This document shows positions 52,677-64,000 of a DNA stretch of 64,000 bases, one piece after another. Position numbers and translations under genes: made by a program. The stretch is from NCBI GenBank assembly GCA_951406725.2, contig OX597828.1:21142001-21206000 (forward strand), in the 5' to 3' direction. Source of the DNA: Octopus vulgaris (taxonomy: Eukaryota). The number at the start of each line of letters is the position of its first letter. Position 1 is the stretch's first letter. Under the pieces are notes generated by a model that had not been told where the DNA came from, made no database searches, and was given only the letters and a program-made list of their open reading frames with translations.

Positions 52677-54365
52677 CATACATACATACATGTGATGTAT
52701 ATGTTAATGCATGTGTGTATATGTCTGTAATAGTGTGTGGACTGTACAATCAGGGCTGACCTGGGTTTAAAAACATCAATAGCAAGAGCAACAACAATTT
52801 CTTGCTAGCTCGGGAGCTGCTTTAACAACAACTACAACTATAACTCATAGCTCCTTGGTAAGTAATTCTCACCCATACATTGAAACTGATGTATCAATCA
52901 ATCAATCATCAATCAAACTTCCAACTGGTTTTATATTTCTAACTTTCCAAGACAGTTCAATGTTGTTTAATGTTTCAAAATTGTCATCCTTAATTAGTTC
53001 GTTAATTTCTTACGAATACAAAAACCAGTTTTTAATTTTTAACTTCATTTACAGCCAGGAACTGACGATTCTTATTTATCTTAATTATCTTCTGTTTCTT
53101 CTACTAGTTTCAGTCATTAGACTGCGGCCATGCTGGGGGCACCGCCTTGAAGGGTTTTTGTCAAATGAATCGATTCCAGCCTGATATTTATTCTATTGGG
53201 CCCTTTTTGTTGAACAGCTAAGTTACGGGCGTATAAACAAACCAACACCAGTTGTCAAGCTGTGTGGTGGAAAACAGACATAGACACACACACAAATATA
53301 TACACACATAAACGTGCGTACACACATATATACACACAGATAAAGTTAGCTATTGTTGCATGAAAAATATGAACACGATCGTAGGTAGTAGAATTACCAA
53401 ATCACTTAAGAAACCCAAGAACCAGGAAACAAAATCTGTAGGGGTTTATTGCAAAACCTCGTCAATCTAGGAGTCGGTGGGCAATAAATGCAATTATTAA
53501 AATAGTCTATTTCCTTCGGCAATTTGTGGAATGCCCTAATCCCCCAATATACCGAACTACTTACTGTCTCAGTTTCGGAGACATATTAGCCACCTCACGA
53601 ATTTTATATCGGAATGTGCAAAGGGCAACTTTAAGACCCGATTCTGAGCTACATGTCCACCTCCAAACATGTAAACCAAATAAAGAACACAGCGTTGTCA
53701 ATCTAAATGTGGTACTTGATCAGCATTAATATCGTTTGGCCTATATTGCTCTTCAGCAAAACGAACAACACGTGTGAATGTTACTACGGACTACAGAACA
53801 ACGAGAGACACTATTCTTGTTGAAACAGACACCATAAATGCGGCAAAGTCAATTTCTAGATACCGAAATGGAAATAAATTCTACATTACTAACATCAACA
53901 TAGCTCCCAACCGGAAGTCTGTAGACTACTACTCCGTATTCAAGATGATCGGAAGTTTAAAAATAAACGACAGCGCTAATAAAAACTTCTGCAAAACGTA
54001 TTCCCTACGCCAGCCAGATCCAGCCAAGATTTATCCATCGAGAGGGACGTGAAAGTTTTGTATTTCCCGTCTGTATCGTAAAATTACCATGCACGTAAAA
54101 AGATGATGCTTGCAAACCCGTGGTCCCATGATTGTGAAGCAAACTTTTTAACCATTTGGTAATACAACCGTTTTTTTTTTTTATCTTTCTTCTTTTACTT
54201 GTTTCAATCATTGGACTGCGGCCATGCTGGGACACTGCCTTAGTCGAACGGATCGGCCCTAGTAATTATTTTTTTAAAAGCGCGGTACTTATTCTATCCG
54301 TCTTTCTTTTGCTGAACCCAATAAGTTACGAGGACGTAAAAAATCAACACGGGTTGTTAAGCGGT

Positions 54366-54461
<96 letters not shown>

Positions 54462-55924
54462 TGGTACTCCATCAATTACGGTGATGAAGGTTCCAGTCGA
54501 TCCAATTAACGGGCCAGACTTCTCGTGAAATTAACGTGCAAAGTGGGTTGTGCGCGTGGACCCTTAACGTAGTTTTCAGGGATATTCAGCGTGACACAGA
54601 ATGTGACAAGGCTGGCCCTTTCGAATTACAGGTACAACTCAAATTTGCAAGCCGAGTGGACTGGAATAAAGGTTATTGCTCAAGGACATAACCTGCTGCC
54701 GGGAATCGAACTCACCCACTTACGATCGTTAGCCGAACACCCTAACCACAAAGCCACGTGCTTTCATGCACATATGAAAGACTTCTTACAGGTTCCGTCT
54801 ACGAAATTCACTCACAAGGCTTTAGTCGGTTTAGGACTATAGAAGACATTTGCCCAAGGTGACACGCAGCGGGACCGAACCCGGAACGACGTGATTTAGG
54901 AAGCAAGCTTCTAACCACACAGCCACACCTGCGCCTAAAGTGTTATATAATAATTTAGATACGTTTCTATAAATTTCCATAATTCCTGAACGTAGTTGAT
55001 AAAATCAATACCATACTAAAATCAGTATGCTAAAAGCGAACAAGACATATTTAATTCAATCAAAAGAATTTGATGTTGGCCAATCAGTTTTATTATAATC
55101 GTTTAAAATTCTATGTTACATGGTAATTCTTGAAGACGGCGAACACTCCGAACGCACGGTCGATTTGCAAGCTGTCCCGAGGACAACTGTACTAACATAA
55201 CGAATACATTTACTTCTTTCATGTGATTTGATCACATGGTCTCATGACAATTGATAGAATTAAGAAAGAGCTTTGGAATCAGAGTCAGATCTAGCTGGAA
55301 TTTGATTTTATAATAATAATAATAATAATAATTTAAAAATAAATAAAATAAATAAATGCTGTTTTTGAAAGTCTGCTTTTGGAATTGTTCTTTGAGCTCC
55401 AAGTCTCATATGACCGGTTTCACGGTTTCCATGACGTATAAACGACCGAAATAACAAAAGCCCTCGATAAACGGGACGCCGGTCTGTTGCGGGGTTCGAG
55501 GCCAGCGATTTTGAAGGGACGGGAGAGTAGAGGAGAAGTCGATAAGTTCTTGGCAGGTTCTTCATTATATTGACACCGGAGGGATGAAAAGTAAAGTTTA
55601 CTTGGGCTGGATTTGAACTCAGAACGCAAAGAACCGGAAGAAATGTCGCTAAACAATGATCCTGGCAGCTCGCTGCCTAAGTACTACTACTACTTCTACT
55701 CTTTTATGTTATAGGCACAAAGCCTGAAAATTTGGGGGAGGGGGTTAGTCGATTACATCGACCCCTGACACTTAATTCACGGACCCGGAAAGGATGGAAG
55801 GCAAAGTCAACCTCGGCGGAATTTAAACTCAAAACGTAGCGAAGCATTTTGCCCGGCGTTCTAACGATTCTGCTAGCCCACCGCCTTCTTCTTAATAATA
55901 ATAATAATAATAATAATAATCTTT

Positions 55925-56844
55925 TCTACTCTAGGCACAAGGCCCGAAATTTTGGGGGAGGGGGGCCAGTCGATTAGATCGACCACAGTACGCAAATGGT
56001 ACTTAATTTATCGACACCGAAAGAATGAAAGACAAAGTCGACCTCAGTGGAATTTGAACTCAGAACGTAAAGACGGGTGAAATACCTATTTCTTTATTAC
56101 ACAGAAGGGACAGACAAACGGATTAAGTCGATTATATCGACCCCAGTGCGTAACTGGTACTTATATAATCAACCCCGAAAGGATGAAAGGCAAAGTCGAC
56201 CTCGGCGGAATTTGAACTCAGAACGTAGCGGCAGACGAAATACCTATTTCTTTACTACCCACAAGGGGCTAAACACAGAGAAGACAAAACAAGGACAGAC
56301 AACGGGATTAAGTCGATGAGATCGACTCCAGTACGCAACTGGTACTTAATTTATCGACCCCGAAAGGATGAAAGGCAAAGTCGACCTCGGCGGAATTTGA
56401 ACTCAGAACGTAACGGCATACGAAATACCTATTTCTTTATTACCCACAAGGGGCTAAACACGGAGGGGACAAACAAGGACAGACATAGGTATTAAGTCGA
56501 TTACATCGACCCCAGTGCGTAACTGGTACTTAATTTATCGACCCCGAATGGATGAAAGGCAAAGTCGACCTCGGCGGAATTTGAACTCAGAACGTAGCGG
56601 CAGACGAAATACCTATTTCTTTACTACCCACAAGGGGCTAAACACAGAGAGGACTAACAAGGACAGACAAACGGATTAAGTCGATTATATCGACCCCAGT
56701 ACGCAAATGGTACTTAATTTATCGACCCCGAAAGGATGAAAGGCAAGTCGACCTCGGCGGAATTTGAACTCAGAACGTAACGGCATGCGAAATACCGCTA
56801 AGCATTTCGCCCGGCGTGCTAACGTTTCGGCCAGGTCGCCGCCT

Positions 56845-56846
<2 letters not shown>
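55925..56846 (-). repeat. Tandem array of family-B SINE bodies behind a single head
   Basis: GAAATACC junctions at 56079, 56237, 56422, 56606 and 56789, a period of about 184 bp. Confidence 0.9.
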
Positions 56847-56907
<61 letters not shown>

Positions 56908-57459
56908 AATGTTGACACAAGGCCAGTAAATATGGGAGGAGCGAGTAAGTCGATCACATCGACTCTAGTGTTTAACTGGTGTCTATTTTATCGATCTGAA
57001 AAAAATGAAAGGCAAAGACGACTTCGGCGAATTTGAACTCAGAACCTGAAAAAAAAAAAGAAAAATAAATAGAAAAAAAACGGTCGAAATGACAATAAAC
57101 ATTTTCTTGAACGTGTTAACAATTCTACCAGCTCATCGTCGTTATAATAAAATAGCGAGACCAGAATAACCGACATACTATCAAGGGAGACAAATGCAAC
57201 ATCAATCTCTCTTATAATTTGCACTTGCAGTTCATTTTCAGCGAATAATGAATAATGATTGGTTATGATTCGAGATCGCAGACGTTCAGCTGACAGCGTT
57301 TTATATACAGAAAGATTGCTTCCAATTGGACATGATTTAAAGCGACTAAATGCATAGATACGGACGTTCATATGCTGGTATGTATATGTATGAATCCGTA
57401 GATATGTTCGTATGTACACACATACGCAAACACACGTGCGCGCGCGCGTGCATGTGTGT

Positions 57460-57501
<42 letters not shown>

Positions 57502-57653
57502 AATGACATCCATTCCTGAAACCATATATGCGTGTGCACATACATATGTATACATGCGTACATACACACGTGCACATGCGTATATGTATGTATATATATA
57601 TATATATATAAATAAATGAAAGAATGGAGTCGAACGAAGATGTTAACAAAATT

Positions 57654-57746
57654 CCTTTACTCTCGACATATGTTTCGAAGACAACATGGTTTCATTCCAA
57701 AGGAATAAAGGGTGCATTATGCAATCTTCTCATCAGGAAAGAAAAG
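57654..57746 (-). ncRNA. Type I hammerhead ribozyme, mirror copy
   Basis: Reverse complement of the 57953-58045 motif (TCATCAG at 57730-57736, GACATATGTTTC at 57665). Confidence 0.78.
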
Positions 57747-57952
57747 GAGCCTCTCTCGACAACAAGACAAACAAAAATTTCGATGACTGCCTACATGGTA
57801 AACAAAACGATAATGAGTGTTTTTTTAAAAACCGTTAGAAAAATTGACGTCAATTCTTCTAACGGTTTTTTTAAAAAAGCACTCATTATCGTTTTGTTTA
57901 CCATGTAGGCAGTCATCGAAATTTTTGTTTGTCTTGTTGTCGAAAGAGGCTC

Positions 57953-58045
57953 CCTTTCTTTCCTGATGAGAAGATTGCATAATGCACCATTTATTCCTTT
58001 GGAATGAAACCATGTTGTCTTCGAAACATATGTCGAGAGTAAAGG
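57953..58045 (+). ncRNA. Type I hammerhead ribozyme
   Basis: CCTTTCTTTC-CTGATGA-GAAGA...TCTTC-GAAA-CATATG-TC|GAGAGTAAAGG has an intact core and stems I-III; predicted cleavage after GUC at 58034. Confidence 0.8.
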
Positions 58046-58243
58046 AATTTTGTTAACATCTTCGTTCGACTCTATTCTTTCATTTATTCATATACAACGC
58101 ACAAATTTATGCGCATGAACCCGGAGTTTCTACCCTTGGACAAGTCGCTTCAACCGTGTTTCTGACGTGAATTTGCTACCCAGGTTTCGGTTAAACGATT
58201 TTTCCATGCTGACGATAAACATAGGATAATTCATTTACCTATT

Positions 58244-58319
<76 letters not shown>

Positions 58320-58901
58320 TATATGTATATATGTGTATATATGCATATATAAATATATGCATATGTGTATATTTGTATGTATTTATGTATACACACACAC
58401 ATATACACATGTTTTTCTTAATTATAGTAGAGGGTACAAAGGCGTCGATCTGGCAGAAACATTAGCACGCCGGGCGAAATGCTTAGCGGTATTTCGTCTG
58501 TCTTTACGTTCAAAGTTCTAATTCCGCCGAGGTCGGCTTTACCTTTCATCCTTTCGGGGTCGATGAATTAAGTATCGATCTAATCGACTGGCCCCCTCTC
58601 TTAAAATTTTCTTATCATTATCAAAGAATGTGTAACTGTATTTTAATACTTTTATGATAACCAGTACGTAACACAACAAATCTCATACAAAGCTTTTCAT
58701 TTTGCTTTTGACAATTTTTTTCTAGAAAAGTGAAACCGGTCAAGTCAATAAACATTTCTAAAAGTCCATTGCCTTTTCAAACCTTCTTTCATATATATTT
58801 CCACTCGTGCGGTACCTTACAACCTAACTTTGTTTATTATTATGTTTGACCTTAAAGTTTCTTATGTGGTGGTTTAATAAAGTATGTGATATATGTATAT
58901 A

Positions 58902-58996
<95 letters not shown>

Positions 58997-59232
58997 GAAA
59001 TATGTTACAAAAAGAAAATATAAAATACACGTGGAAATGTAAGGGTAAAATATGAAAAATCAACGAAAATGCACATTGCAAATAGAAAAGGCTATTTATG
59101 ACAGGTAACGACAAATATATACATTTAGATTGACTGAGGTAGTAATACGAGTCATAAAAGTCATTATTATGAGATGATTAAAAGATGATAATAAAGTAAG
59201 AGAACAAAACGGACCAGTGGTTTACGCACCGG

Positions 59233-59332
<100 letters not shown>

Positions 59333-59591
59333 TGTATGTATGTATGTATGTATGTATATGTTTGTGTGTCAGTGTTTGTCCGGCAATCATCGCTTGACAA
59401 CTGATGTTGTTGTGTTTACGTCCCCGTAACTTAACGGTTCGACAAAAAAACCGATCGAATGAGTACTAGACTTACAAAGAATAAGTCCTTGCGTCGATTT
59501 GATTTGTTTGACTGAAGGCGGTGCTCCAGCTTGGCCGCAGTCAAACGATTGAAAAAAAGTAAACGAATAAAAGAATTCATACATACATACG

Positions 59592-59628
<37 letters not shown>

Positions 59629-60518
59629 GTGTGTGTGTGTGGCACCATTGGTAAATATATAATTAATGAAGATTAATACAATTAATAAGATTAGAGTAAT
59701 ATAAAATTTATGAAGTTGCTGATTTGCAAGTTGAATGTAGACAAATATAGTTAAACACAATAGCGGATGACGGTAGATAGTTGCTGTTGATGGTGATGAT
59801 GATGACGATGACGAATACGATGACGACGACGATGACAATGACGACGACGACGACGACGACGATGACGATGTTGATTACGACGATGATAACGACGTCATCG
59901 ACACTGATGATGATGAGAAAGGAAATGACATCGATACGGAAATGAATCTCAAAATCTATTTAATGCAGTTATATGTCTTGCGACATTACGGAAATTTGTC
60001 AATGTAAAGGTTACGTACAGCTCAACCAGTTTGTAAATAGGTAAAATATTTTCGAAAATGTCCAATCGGAAAGAAATATTCATAATAAAAAACAGCAGGA
60101 GTGGCTGTGTGGTAAGTAGCTTGCTAACCTCACTGACAGAAGAGTGACTTTGCTTACCGTACTACGGTTTGGACGCGTTTTCTTCCCGGTAAGAGTTTTG
60201 CTGTGTTGTTAATTGTTGAATTCCTACTACTGAAAATTTGCCTTTAAACGTTGCTGAACTGTCTTGTTCTCCGGTTTTACCGGGAAATAATTGAATAATT
60301 TCTTACCGTTGAACTGTTAGCCACTGTGGCTTTTTATTTACGTGATTATATATAGTCCTGCCAGACTATTTTCGTGCCCCTCCCCCGAATGGGGGTGGGA
60401 ATTGGAATTTTTGAACTGCTTTTTTGAACTACTTTGGAAGAAAAACTTTCTATAGGTTTCCCAGTTTTGTGGGAAACCAATACTCGTAATTTTTGTGTTG
60501 TCTAATTTCAACAGAATA

Positions 60519-61924
60519 ATGTCTGTTGAAATTATTCACGAAAGTAGTGCTCTTGAGGAGAGCAATGTTAAAAAATTTTCTGCGGTAGCCGCAGTGGCTA
60601 CCGAGAACATTGACATCGATGTCAACCAGCTCGTCGAGCTATTTAAAAGAATGCAAGAGGAGGGTGGTGATGTTAAAATATCACCCTCCGCCAGTATCGT
60701 GGAGACCGAGAAGCGGACCGTAGTGTTTAAAACTTTCTGTCCACAAAGCAGAAGGTTCAAACACTTTGAAAAAAGCACCATCGAGAAATGCCTGTCCCCG
60801 ATTTGGAAGGACATCGTGTACGTCGCCAGGGGACGGGCATATGGCACTGTGGATGTCCGCTTCTCGGGGGAAGAAATGGCCCGCGGGCATTCTGTGAACC
60901 CCCTAAAAACCAAGGAGGTGGTACTTTTCCCAAGCTATAGGGGACGCAGGACGTCCCGGGTCAGGATTGTAGAAGCCCCGCCGGAAGTAGATCCGGCAGA
61001 GGTAGTGGCCGCCCTGTTATATAAAAGGGCGGACAAAATTAAAATACTAGAAGTAACATGCTCTGCCCCTCTATTTTGGCTCGGGCGTAACATTAATATA
61101 TTAATTCAAGGAACAGCGGAGGACCTGCAGCTCCTTCCTGAGAGGGTGCTCGTGGGCGAGAACATAGCCCTCAGGGTACAGGTCGAAGGCCGAAAACCCA
61201 CCTGTTACGCCTGCGGCAAAAAAAGGCTACATTCGTGTAGACTGTCCAGACAAGCAAAAGAAACCGCAGACACCAGGCCCCTCAGATAATAAAAAAGTCC
61301 CTACCCTTGCAAACTCCCCTACCCCTACAAAAACAAAAAATCCCACTCCTGCTGTTACGGTGCCAACCCCAAAACAGACTGAAGAAAAAACCCAGCCCTC
61401 GCACTCACAAACCCCTACATTATTAAAACCTCCCACCCCCCCTAAAAACTGTGGCGCCTACCGAACAAACTTTTGCTACCCCAGACGATACCATGGAGGT
61501 ATCAGAGGGGGGATTTACACCAGTTCGTAAAAGAATTCGTGCATCATCCCCGTCCACATCCCCTACAAAAAATAATAAAAACAAAGACACACCACAGACA
61601 CGGAAAAAAAAATCCCGCTCAACTGGCCCAGAAAAAGAAGACAAAAAAGAAAATGAACTCATATTAATGGAATTCGACACACAAGACAAATACATAAACG
61701 ATATTGTGGTTCAGCATCAGTCAGCAAGACTGTACAACAAATACAAAGATCGAAATAGACACGCGTGGATTGCGGAAACAACGTTCAAACAATTAAAAGA
61801 CAGACACCCAAACGCCATCCGGTATATCGCGAACTTGCCGGACTATCTGAAGAAAGAGGAGAAAGAAGGGGCCCACAAACGTGTGGTGAGGTCGGCCCCC
61901 ACCTCTCCAACGAAACGTAAGTAG
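60519..61924 (+). pseudogene. Tx1 ORF1 with two apparent frameshifts
   Basis: ORFs 60495-61289 and 61451-61924. Removing one A from the A7 run at 61218-61224 gives CYACGKKGYIRVDC. The ORF ends KRK-TAG. Confidence 0.8.
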
Positions 61925-61941
61925 AACTTTTACTTTTTGTA

Positions 61942-64000
61942 ATGGCTTCGCTTAACCTTGGTTGTTTAAATGTGCGTGGTCTGAGTTCGAAGTGGAAGCA
62001 GGCTTGTTTCCTCGACGACCTCAGATCACATGATATACATGTGATGGTTGCTACAGAGACCAAGCTGGACAGCCTACAAACCTTCTCGCCTCTCCTGAAT
62101 GGCTACGAGAAAATCATGTCTCCTGGCCAGACCGGAGGGCGAGGGGGCGTAGTGGTACTGATCCGTAAAGACTTGGCTCTACAGACAAGTACAGTCTATG
62201 TAGACCCAGAAGGTGGGCTGGTCGTCCTTGATGTGACATGCAGCAGTAAGGCCTTCAGGTTGATCGGACTCTATGCACCTTGTGCTAGAGGTTTCCAAAC
62301 TGATTTTTATCGGCGCCTAGAGGGCTTTCTCGTGACGTCGAAGACTTTAGTGATATTAGGGGACTTTAATGCTATCGTTGACGTACACATCGATAGCGTT
62401 GGCTCGATCTATAGGAAAGTGAACTCACGTCTCGTGGATCTGCTTAAGCGGTTTCAGCTGGCAGATCGTTACAGACTTGACCATCCGAACGTCCCAGAGT
62501 GGACCTGGATGAGTGGCGACGGAAGGTTCAAGTCTTATCTAGACAGGATAGTGATAAAAACTAGAGATAAGTCTAGTTTTAGTTGTCCACAGCTCGTCCA
62601 GGTACCCTATACTGACCATAGAATGGTCACGTGTAGACTGGACATAGATAGCACACTTAAGATAGGAACCGGCTACTGGAAGCTGAACAAGTCCATTTTG
62701 ACACGCGAGGCATACCGTAGCCGGATTAAGGTGTTAGTGCAGAGGGCGTTAACCGGAGCCGTGGTTAATAACCGGTGGTGGTTCGTCCTCAAAAGAGCCA
62801 TTCGATTCGAGTCCATTAGATTTAGTAAACAACTAAGACTAGATAGGGCTAGAATAGAAGGGCAACTAGTTAAGAACTTAGAGGAAGCGTTGAGGTTGGG
62901 CTCTGCATCTCACATTTTAGCGGCGAGAACGGCATTAGACCGTCACCTCAAAACCAAACATGAGGGATGTAGAGTTCGGGCTAAAGTACGAGCATTGAGC
63001 CGTGAGGGAATTAATGTTGCCGGATGGGCCCGTACGATAGAAACACAGCGTGGAAACGATGCCACAATTGGGTCTCTTGTTGATGAAAACGGATGCACGA
63101 TCAAGAAGCGGGACGAGATGTGTGAGGCACTTCACAAGCACTTCGCCGAGTTGTTCGGGAGGTGCGGGACGCTGGATCATGGTGAGGCCCTTAGGGACTT
63201 CCTGTCTGGTGGCCCGCGCCTCTCGACACGAGAGGCTGAGTGCTGTGAAGGGCCAATCACAGCCGAGGAAGTAATCGAGGTGTTGGGCAAATGCCCCGGG
63301 GAGAAGTCGCCGGGTCTCGATGGTCTGCCCTATGAATTTTATAGAAGTATGCCAGACTTGTTCGGGCACCTGCTGGCTAGCGTCTACGCCAACTGGCAGC
63401 AGAATGGGAGAATTCCCAAGTCTGCGAGCCGGGGGGCGGTGACGTTGATCAGGAAGGACCCGAACAAGGGGGACGAGATAGGGAACTTCAGGCCCATAAC
63501 TCTGTTAAACACAGAGTTAAAGATTCTGGCCAAGGTGCTAGCAAAAAGGTTGGCGCGGGTCGTGGACAAACTTGTCGGGGAAGCGCAAACGTGCGCTATC
63601 CCCGGCAGAACGATCCACGACAATCTCCACCTTATACGCTACTCCTTAGAGAGGGTGGGGAAGCTTTCTGGCGCAGGGGGAGCACTGGTACATTTAGACC
63701 AGTCCAAAGCATTTGATAGGGTCGACCATCGGTACCTGGCGGCGGTCCTCGGAGAGGCTGGCCTAGGCCCGACCTTTCGAGGTTGGATCGCTGCTTTGTA
63801 TAGCGACATCGATTCTGTAGTCAAGGTGAACGGTTCCTTTTCGAAGCCGTTCAGGATCGAGCGTTCAGTTCGTCAAGGGTGTCCCCTGTCCTCGCTCCTA
63901 TACGTATTGGCTCTTGAGCCCTTGCTGCGGAAGTTAGAGGCACTAGGGGGCGCGCCGCATGATCTATGGTGTGGAAGAGGAGCTACGGCGTATGCGGATG
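61942..64000 (+). CDS. Tx1 ORF2 (APE and RT), apparently open to the window edge
   Basis: MASLNLGCLNVRGLSSKWKQ...GDFN...TDH...KSPGLDG...DQSKAFD...RQGCPLS...AYAD in one frame (686 codons). It is probably missing from the track because no stop is reached. Confidence 0.88.
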   Translation, partial: MASLNLGCLNVRGLSSKWKQACFLDDLRSHDIHVMVATETKLDSLQTFSPLLNGYEKIMSPGQTGGRGGVVVLIRKDLALQTSTVYVDPEGGLVVLDVTCSSKAFRLIGLYAPCARGFQTDFYRRLEGFLVTSKTLVILGDFNAIVDVHIDSVGSIYRKVNSRLVDLLKRFQLADRYRLDHPNVPEWTWMSGDGRFKSYLDRIVIKTRDKSSFSCPQLVQVPYTDHRMVTCRLDIDSTLKIGTGYWKLNKSILTREAYRSRIKVLVQRALTGAVVNNRWWFVLKRAIRFESIRFSKQLRLDRARIEGQLVKNLEEALRLGSASHILAARTALDRHLKTKHEGCRVRAKVRALSREGINVAGWARTIETQRGNDATIGSLVDENGCTIKKRDEMCEALHKHFAELFGRCGTLDHGEALRDFLSGGPRLSTREAECCEGPITAEEVIEVLGKCPGEKSPGLDGLPYEFYRSMPDLFGHLLASVYANWQQNGRIPKSASRGAVTLIRKDPNKGDEIGNFRPITLLNTELKILAKVLAKRLARVVDKLVGEAQTCAIPGRTIHDNLHLIRYSLERVGKLSGAGGALVHLDQSKAFDRVDHRYLAAVLGEAGLGPTFRGWIAALYSDIDSVVKVNGSFSKPFRIERSVRQGCPLSSLLYVLALEPLLRKLEALGGAPHDLWCGRGATAYAD

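Larger units (their letters stand above)
57611..58088. repeat. ~478-bp spacerless palindrome
   Basis: Arms 57611-57848 and 57849-58088 are near-perfect reverse complements centred on AATTGAC|GTCAATT. Confidence 0.97.
60130..64000 (+). mobile_element. Tx1-clade non-LTR retrotransposon, copy 3 (continues past the window end)
   Basis: 5'UTR, ORF1 and ORF2 are homologous to copy 1. It starts immediately after a 35-nt SINE head at 60095-60129. Confidence 0.92.

Noticed and set aside
55925-56846. CRISPR-like regular array
   Set aside because: The whole unit is repeated with no unique spacers; it is a SINE multimer in eukaryotic DNA with no cas genes.
61218-61226. Programmed frameshift at A AAA AAG in ORF1
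   Set aside because: Restoring the knuckle needs a +1 rather than a -1 shift, and copy 1 has an uninterrupted knuckle; an indel or sequencing error is simpler.

Overview
Eukaryotic, repeat-dense genomic DNA. The SINE families and heavy microsatellite load suggest an octopus/coleoid cephalopod (inference). It contains one host gene, ETFA: 10 coding exons on the + strand, 19351-51334, about 338 aa. Two intact U2 snRNA genes lie in ~800-bp inverted arms and enclose a near full-length Tx1-clade (L1 group) LINE that carries a U1-snRNA-like 5' motif. Two more members of this Tx1 lineage sit in other repeated targets: a (TATC)n microsatellite and the tRNA-like head of a SINE. A ~478-bp spacerless palindrome encodes a well-formed hammerhead ribozyme on each strand, and other Penelope-type hammerhead remnants occur. 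Also present are R4/Dong-like and RTE LINE fragments, hAT, Merlin-like and Tc1/mariner MITEs, a non-autonomous Helitron nested in a mariner MITE, many tRNA-derived SINEs, minisatellites and microsatellites. Most short ORFs in the supplied track are microsatellite or antisense artefacts. Coordinates were counted by hand and element ends may be off by a few bases.
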